This document shows positions 38,200 through 43,857 of a DNA stretch of 43,857 nt, piece after piece. The stretch spans positions 1-43,857 of the forward strand of contig SDNY01000016.1 of NCBI GenBank assembly GCA_004524535.1, written 5' to 3'. A program made the position numbers and the translations under genes. The notes beneath the pieces were generated by a model, which saw only the letters and a program-made list of their open reading frames with translations, searched no databases and was not told the origin of the DNA. Numbering within the stretch: position 1 is the first letter of the stretch; each line of letters opens with the position of its first letter. Source of the stretch: Promethearchaeota archaeon. GTDB taxonomy: Archaea > Asgardarchaeota > Lokiarchaeia > Sigyniarchaeales > SOKP01.

Positions 38200-38286
38200 C
38201 TATTGAAGATTATTAATTATTATTTGAAAAATATTTCCAATTTCCTTGCCAATTATTACAAAAATCACTTTTTCTAATTCTGCCAT
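38200..38286 (-). pseudogene. 5' remnant of the Zn-ribbon gene
   Basis: Starts MAELEKV versus MAEFEKV at 8643, then diverges at the repeat boundary and stops after 28 codons. Confidence 0.7.
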
Positions 38287-38849
38287 TTTTCAATCATTCC
38301 TTTTTTAAAAAGATGTAAAATTAATAAATTTTAATCTTTGAGACAGTTTATTCCTATTAAGTACAAGATTTTTAGGGCATATTACATTTTTTAATAGATG
38401 ATTTTAGATTTTCAATTAGGATTTAATTTAATGATGTTTTTTTATGTCTAAAAGTAAAGAAAATGCGATTCCTATAGGAAACGCAATTAAAAGTATTAAT
38501 ATTTCAAAAACTTATATCTCTGGAGAAGTAAAAGTTCAAGCATTGAAAAAAATAAATTTTAAAGTAAAAAATGGTGAGAGATTAGTAATTTTAGGTCCTT
38601 CAGGATCAGGAAAAACAACTTTGTTAAATTTATTGGGGGGTATAACCAATCCTGATAAAAAAAAGGGATCACTGAATATATTTGGAAAAACTATTCATAG
38701 TTATAATCAAAAACAACTTACAGATTATCGTCGTGAAAGGATTGGTTTTATTTTCCAGTTTTTTAATCTATTTCCTGCATTAAATGCCTTAGATAATGTG
38801 ATAATTGGAATAGATCTTCTTAAAAAAAAATTAAAAAGCGATTTACATT
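38267..38849 (+). repeat. Direct repeat copy 2 (~580 bp)
   Basis: Counterpart of 8624-9205. Confidence 0.95.
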
Positions 38850-39181
38850 CTCTTGAAATTGCGACTGATTATTTGGAGAAAGTTGGATTAGCTGATAGAA
38901 TATTTCATTATCCATCTCAGTTAAGTGGAGGTGAACAACAACGAGTAGCGATTGCACGAGCGCTAGCAAAAATACCGTTTGTGGGGAGAAATTTCCTATT
39001 ATTATGTGATGAACCAACTGGAAATTTAGATACCGAAACGAGTGATAAAATATTAGATTTAATAATAAAATTGAATGAAACCGAAGGTATTACCTGTATT
39101 TTGGTTACCCATAATTTGCATATAGCAGAGAAGTTTGCGACATCAATTATTCATTTGAGAGATGGGTTTATCGAAAATTAG
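38444..39181 (+). CDS. ABC transporter ATP-binding protein (LolD/MacB family)
   Basis: GPSGSGKTT, IGFIFQFFNL, PSQLSGGEQQRVAIARAL, LLCDEPTGNLD and VTHN. Confidence 0.95.
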   Translation: MSKSKENAIPIGNAIKSINISKTYISGEVKVQALKKINFKVKNGERLVILGPSGSGKTTLLNLLGGITNPDKKKGSLNIFGKTIHSYNQKQLTDYRRERIGFIFQFFNLFPALNALDNVIIGIDLLKKKLKSDLHSLEIATDYLEKVGLADRIFHYPSQLSGGEQQRVAIARALAKIPFVGRNFLLLCDEPTGNLDTETSDKILDLIIKLNETEGITCILVTHNLHIAEKFATSIIHLRDGFIEN

Positions 39182-39196
39182 TGGTTTGCTTAAAAA

Positions 39197-41689
39197 ATGA
39201 ATATAATATTTAAAAAAGCAATTAAAGATTTTAGGAACCTTGGGTGGCGTAGTCATCTCATTATTATGACTATAATATTAACGCTGGGAGGGGGTTTGGG
39301 ACTATATTATGGAATTCAAGGAGCCCTTCCTATGATGGATAACTATTTCGATGATGTAGAGCATGCTGATTATATCTATCAATTATCTGATGATGCGTGG
39401 ATTACTCAAGCTCAATTAGATGGTTTAGAATATCTTGACGAGGTTGATGATTATACTGGGCGTCTCTTTTGGACCACCTCAATGACATTGCCGGATCAAG
39501 ACGAAAAAAAATATGTATTACTAGTAGGAGTAGATTCTAATTTGGACGAGCCAGAAGTTTATGAATATAATCTTCAATTAGGGGAAAATTTTGATAAAGA
39601 TGAAAATACTACTGCTGTAATAGATAATCTATTTGCAGAGAAAAATAATATTGATGTTGGAGATGAGATTGAAATTGATGGGCTTAATAACGCAGAAATT
39701 AGCATTCTTGGAACATGTAATTCTCCTGAATTTGTATTGACAACATCGAATCCAGAGTATTTATTCCCCATTGAAGGATCAATGGCGGTTATTTATCTTG
39801 CAAAAAATACTCTTAAAACCTACATTATTGAATATTTTACTGCCGTAAATGCTACATCTCCCGATGATTATACAGGCTTAATAAATTATTACAAGCAGGT
39901 AGATTATAACAACATTGCTGTTACTTTTAAAGACGATGTTTCAGACGGTCATGATGAGATGAAAGAATATCTTCGAGTTAAATGTGGTTTGAATATTGAG
40001 AAATCTGAAAAATTCGAAGATTCATATGCCTACTCGTTGATGAAGGCGGACGTTGAAGATACAGGAGAAATCTTTATGATTTTGTTAGTTTTCATGGCAT
40101 TATTAGGGGGAATTATTGTATTTGTCATATTTAATAGATATGTTAATAGCCAAAAACAGCAAATTGGTGTATTATTAGGTTTAGGATATACGAGAAAAGA
40201 TATCTTAAAATATTTTTTATTTAATATTTTCGTAATTTCTGTTCTATCTATTCCAATTGGAATTATCGTAGGGTTTGGTTTAGGTTATTTAATGCTTGGC
40301 GTAATGCTTGCTGAAATGACAAATTTAACCATATTGGAAATTCCCTTCATTTTTCTACCAGAAGTTGTCTATCTTGGTTTAACTATCGGAGGGCTGCTTA
40401 TTTTTTTTAGTACTTATTTTTCAATTAGGAAAATTAATAAGATGGTTATAGCAGAATTAATTTACGATCAAGCAGAAGTTACAAGGAAAATCAAAAAAAT
40501 CAAAGAACGTAAAAAATCTCGGAACATTACAAATAGATTAGTATTTCGTAATTTGTTTAAGAATCCAAAAAGATTAGCCTTTACAGTAATCGCTATGATG
40601 TTTTCACTACTAATCGTATCCTCAACAGAGAGTCTGCTTAATTCTATGTATTATAATATAGACAGAACTTATGCTAGCGAAGAGAGTAATATTGAGACCA
40701 CTGAAAGATGGGATTTAAATGTCTTATTTCAAACAACCGTCAATCTTTCAAGTCAAAATAATCTAATAGAACAAATTGAAAGGATTAAGAATGTTGATGA
40801 TGTTGAAATTTACACTAAAGGAGTAATTTTAGCGAAAGCGAAAGGTGATAAAGATGATCAAAATCTAATTTTACAGGGTATTGATATTGCAAATAGTGAA
40901 TTTCATCGATTTTCATGGTATGGAGATAAACACGATAATTCCGCACCTGAAGATGATGATGAAATCGTGATATCATCCGTTCACGCTAACAAACTTGATA
41001 AAGAAATTGGTGATAAATTAACAATAAAAAATGCTGCTAACATTGAATTTAAATTTAAAATTGTTGGTATCCATTCGGAATTAGTTGTCACTCCGTATGT
41101 AACATTAGAGGCAGGACAAAGAGTATTACATAATGAATTAAATCTGATTGATGGATTATATATAATCCTTGATGATGCTGCAGACAAAGATGAAATTATA
41201 GAAAAAATCTACGCTCTTGACAATATCGAAGTAATTTTTGACGCTGAAGAAATGAATGAGAAGGCATATGATTTTATTAATAATTACTCTGCCGTTCTGT
41301 ATGTAATCATATTTTATACTCTTTTAGTTTCTTTTTTCATTGTATTTTATAATTCTGTTATGAATATTTATGATAAAAACTACGAGTATGGTATTTTAAG
41401 ATCTTTAGGATATAATAAAAAAAGCGTTTTTAAAATCATTTTATTTGAAAATATGTTGCAAGGAGTTCTCCCAATATTGTTAGCGCTTTTATTTACCTAT
41501 CCATTAACTCTCAGAATGGGCAAAGTATATGCTGAAAATTTTGCTTTAGAAGTAATCGTGGGGTTACCTGCAATTTTATTTATTATCATACCCCCATTAA
41601 TTCTTTATATTTTAGGTTCATTTGTCGGTCTAAAAACGGTCTATAAACAAAATCTCTATGAACAAGTTCAAACAAGATTCGTTGGGTAA
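39197..41689 (+). CDS. FtsX/MacB-like ABC permease (internally duplicated)
   Basis: Two repeats of TM-extracellular domain-TM bundle with QIGVLLGLGYTRKDI and EYGILRSLGYNKKSV. Directly downstream of the ATPase. Confidence 0.92.
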   Translation: MNIIFKKAIKDFRNLGWRSHLIIMTIILTLGGGLGLYYGIQGALPMMDNYFDDVEHADYIYQLSDDAWITQAQLDGLEYLDEVDDYTGRLFWTTSMTLPDQDEKKYVLLVGVDSNLDEPEVYEYNLQLGENFDKDENTTAVIDNLFAEKNNIDVGDEIEIDGLNNAEISILGTCNSPEFVLTTSNPEYLFPIEGSMAVIYLAKNTLKTYIIEYFTAVNATSPDDYTGLINYYKQVDYNNIAVTFKDDVSDGHDEMKEYLRVKCGLNIEKSEKFEDSYAYSLMKADVEDTGEIFMILLVFMALLGGIIVFVIFNRYVNSQKQQIGVLLGLGYTRKDILKYFLFNIFVISVLSIPIGIIVGFGLGYLMLGVMLAEMTNLTILEIPFIFLPEVVYLGLTIGGLLIFFSTYFSIRKINKMVIAELIYDQAEVTRKIKKIKERKKSRNITNRLVFRNLFKNPKRLAFTVIAMMFSLLIVSSTESLLNSMYYNIDRTYASEESNIETTERWDLNVLFQTTVNLSSQNNLIEQIERIKNVDDVEIYTKGVILAKAKGDKDDQNLILQGIDIANSEFHRFSWYGDKHDNSAPEDDDEIVISSVHANKLDKEIGDKLTIKNAANIEFKFKIVGIHSELVVTPYVTLEAGQRVLHNELNLIDGLYIILDDAADKDEIIEKIYALDNIEVIFDAEEMNEKAYDFINNYSAVLYVIIFYTLLVSFFIVFYNSVMNIYDKNYEYGILRSLGYNKKSVFKIILFENMLQGVLPILLALLFTYPLTLRMGKVYAENFALEVIVGLPAILFIIIPPLILYILGSFVGLKTVYKQNLYEQVQTRFVG

Positions 41690-41978
41690 ATCGAATATTA
41701 GAATTTATAAAATATTTGAAAAATCTTTAAATATTTATTAATAAATTTAAAATTTTGAAAAAGGTTATTAAAAATTCAAAAATATCCCCATACCTAACCG
41801 CTCTTCTTGAATTTTTTAACCCTTTTTCATCTTTTTTATTTATTTTACAGCACATTTAATTATTGCTTTGATCAATACTCTTGAAATTCGAATGTAAATA
41901 ACTTTATATATCGATATATCTGAATTTTATATAGTAAATTTTGTAAAATTAAAAAAAAAAAATATAAAGTTATTAAAA

Positions 41979-43703
41979 ATGACACAAGAAATAAAAGAAA
42001 GTAGTCCTTATTCGTCAAAAATATGGTTAAAATCTTATGACGATCATGTTAAGCCAGAGATTGAGTTAGAAGTTTATTCATTAGCCGAAATGTTTCAGAG
42101 AACAGCTAATAAGTATCCAGATAATCTTTGCTACGATTTTCAAGGTTTAAAAGCAACCTTTAAAGAAACAGAAAGTTATATTAACAGTTTTGCTAACTGT
42201 CTTGTTGAAAATGGAGTAAAAAAAGGTGATAGAGTAGCAATAAATTTGCCCAATCTTCCGCAATTTATTATTTCACTATTCGGAACCTTCTATGCTGGGT
42301 GTGCTGCATCGGGTATTAATTTCCTTCTTTCTTCCTCCGAAATAACATATCAATTAAAAGATTGTGGAGCAGCTGCCATAGTAACACTTGATTCTTTTTA
42401 CGAAGAAAAGGTTAGAGAAGCTCTTCAGGGGGGAAAAACTAATGTCAAGGTTGTTATCACTACTAGTGCAGCGGACGCTTTAGATGTAGAACCAGCTATG
42501 ATAGAACAATTGATAAAAATAGGTAAAATTCCGTTTGGAAAAGTAGAACCTATTGAAGGAATAAAATACTTTACATATAAGGAAATTATAGAAAAATATC
42601 CAAGTGATAAGCCTCCTGATGTCAAAATAGAGCCTGATGATGTTTTATTACTTCAATATACAGGCGGAACCACTGGCCCTCCTAAAGGCGCAATTTTAAC
42701 TCATAGAAATTTAATATCTATGCTGCAATTAGTTAGACATTGGTTTGAACCTGGTGCCAAGACGGGAGACATTTATATTTCTGGATTTCCTTTCTTTCAT
42801 TTGGCAGGATTACAATTCTGCCTACAGACAATTTTTATGTCATGTGCTCAAATCCTTGTCCCTGACCCTCGAGATACAACCTATATGGTAGGTAAAATGA
42901 AAGAGTATGAAGGTAAGATCTCTCTATTTTATAATGTACCTACGCTCTATCTTATGCTTTTAGATAATCGAAAATTTAAAAAATTAGATTTAAGTAATGT
43001 TCAAGGATATATTTCTGGAGCAGCTCCTTTTGCAACAAAAAGCATAAATGAATTTGAGGATGTAGTGGGTAAAGGAAAAGTAGTAGAAGGATATGGTATG
43101 ACAGAGGCATCTCCTGGTGTAACAATGAATCCCTACTTAGGAGAAAAGAAAATCGGGACCGTTGGTCTTCCATTCCCAAATACTGAAGTTAAATTAGTAG
43201 ATGTTTCAGATAGAGAAAAAGAGGTTCCAATTGGCGAGGCAGGTGAGATTGCAATAAGAGGCCCTCAAATTTTTCAAGGTTATTGGAATAAACCAGAAGA
43301 AACCGAAAATGCGCTTCAGGAGGGATGGTTCTATAGTGGAGATGTTGGCATCATGGATGAGGATGGTTATCTTAAGATAGTTGACCGTACTAAAGACATG
43401 ATAATCGTGAGTGGCTTTAAAGTATTCAGCGTAGAAGTTGACGACAAAATGAATAAACATCCCGCAATTGAGCTTTGTGCATGCATAGGTTTACCCGATC
43501 CAGATCGTCCAGGTTCCGAAATTGTCAAATTATATGTACTTTTGAAAAAAGGATACGAGAATAATGAAGATATGAAAGCAGATATTTTAAAATACGCACA
43601 AGAAAACTTAGCTAAATATAAGATACCTAAAATAATTGAAATTTCCGAAAATTTACCTTTAACTGTGATTGGAAAAATCGATAAAAAAGCTTTAAGGAAA
43701 TAA
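41979..43703 (+). CDS. fadD: Long-chain fatty-acid--CoA ligase (AMP-binding)
   Basis: YTGGTTGPPKG, EGYGMTE, GEIAIRGPQIFQGYW, SGD, DRTKDMI and GKIDKK. Confidence 0.92.
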   Translation: MTQEIKESSPYSSKIWLKSYDDHVKPEIELEVYSLAEMFQRTANKYPDNLCYDFQGLKATFKETESYINSFANCLVENGVKKGDRVAINLPNLPQFIISLFGTFYAGCAASGINFLLSSSEITYQLKDCGAAAIVTLDSFYEEKVREALQGGKTNVKVVITTSAADALDVEPAMIEQLIKIGKIPFGKVEPIEGIKYFTYKEIIEKYPSDKPPDVKIEPDDVLLLQYTGGTTGPPKGAILTHRNLISMLQLVRHWFEPGAKTGDIYISGFPFFHLAGLQFCLQTIFMSCAQILVPDPRDTTYMVGKMKEYEGKISLFYNVPTLYLMLLDNRKFKKLDLSNVQGYISGAAPFATKSINEFEDVVGKGKVVEGYGMTEASPGVTMNPYLGEKKIGTVGLPFPNTEVKLVDVSDREKEVPIGEAGEIAIRGPQIFQGYWNKPEETENALQEGWFYSGDVGIMDEDGYLKIVDRTKDMIIVSGFKVFSVEVDDKMNKHPAIELCACIGLPDPDRPGSEIVKLYVLLKKGYENNEDMKADILKYAQENLAKYKIPKIIEISENLPLTVIGKIDKKALRK

Positions 43704-43724
43704 CCACTCTTATTTTTTTTATTT
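43704..43724 (+). terminator. Putative oligo-U terminator
   Basis: Pyrimidine-rich tract with T8 (43713-43720) right after the fadD stop. Confidence 0.4.
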
Positions 43725-43857
43725 AATTTAGAATTTCATTTAGCAAATTTATTTTTCTCTTAAAATTTATTAATTTGCCATATTCTTCCTTGATCCAATC
43801 TTCAATATAGATAAAATGATTAAATTATTAAGAAACTATATATATTTTGGCTTTAAA

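Larger units (their letters stand above)
9206..38266. mobile_element. ~29 kb surface-glycan genomic island bounded by direct repeats (no recombinase seen)
   Basis: Flanked by the two repeat copies with reciprocal gene truncations. The content is almost all glycan modification/export and surface proteins, with several pseudogenes. Confidence 0.7.

Noticed and set aside
9206-38266. Provirus, ICE or transposon identity for the island
   Set aside because: No integrase, transposase, capsid, replication or conjugation genes and no tRNA target were recognised.
38820-43460. Minus-strand ORFs 38820, 39574, 40981, 42425, 42976, 43206
   Set aside because: Antisense shadows within the ABC genes and fadD.

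Overview
AT-rich archaeal DNA, most likely an Asgard archaeon of the Loki type. This is inferred from GAGGTGA/GGAG Shine-Dalgarno (SD) motifs, oligo-T terminators, NosD-repeat surface proteins and the 'YLDAxGYSWD' C-terminal domains. The window has three parts. (1) 1-7.7 kb, minus strand: korAB-type 2-oxoacid:ferredoxin oxidoreductase, then a sulfur-relay/Fe-S cluster tusA-dsrE-iscS-iscU-(CoA-disulfide reductase::rhodanese::TusA::rhodanese). The IscS has Glu at the PLP Schiff-base Lys position, and the IscU is fused to a redox-dead thioredoxin-reductase NADPH domain. Together these suggest cysteine-independent, persulfide-fed Fe-S assembly. (2) About 9.2-38.3 kb: a ~29 kb surface-glycan island with flippases, three sulfotransferases, methyltransferases, CE4 deacetylases, two AsnB amidotransferases (one glutaminase-dead), GT4s, two ~1070-aa GT-C-like membrane proteins and a 4-module beta-helix surface protein. 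It is bracketed by a diverged ~580-bp direct repeat whose copies carry reciprocally truncated genes, and many functions occur as intact/decayed pairs. (3) 38.4-43.7 kb: a LolD/FtsX-type ABC exporter and a long-chain acyl-CoA synthetase. Several genes appear to start at ATA/ATT/CTG behind good SD motifs. I saw no rRNA, tRNA, CRISPR array, integrase or transposase.
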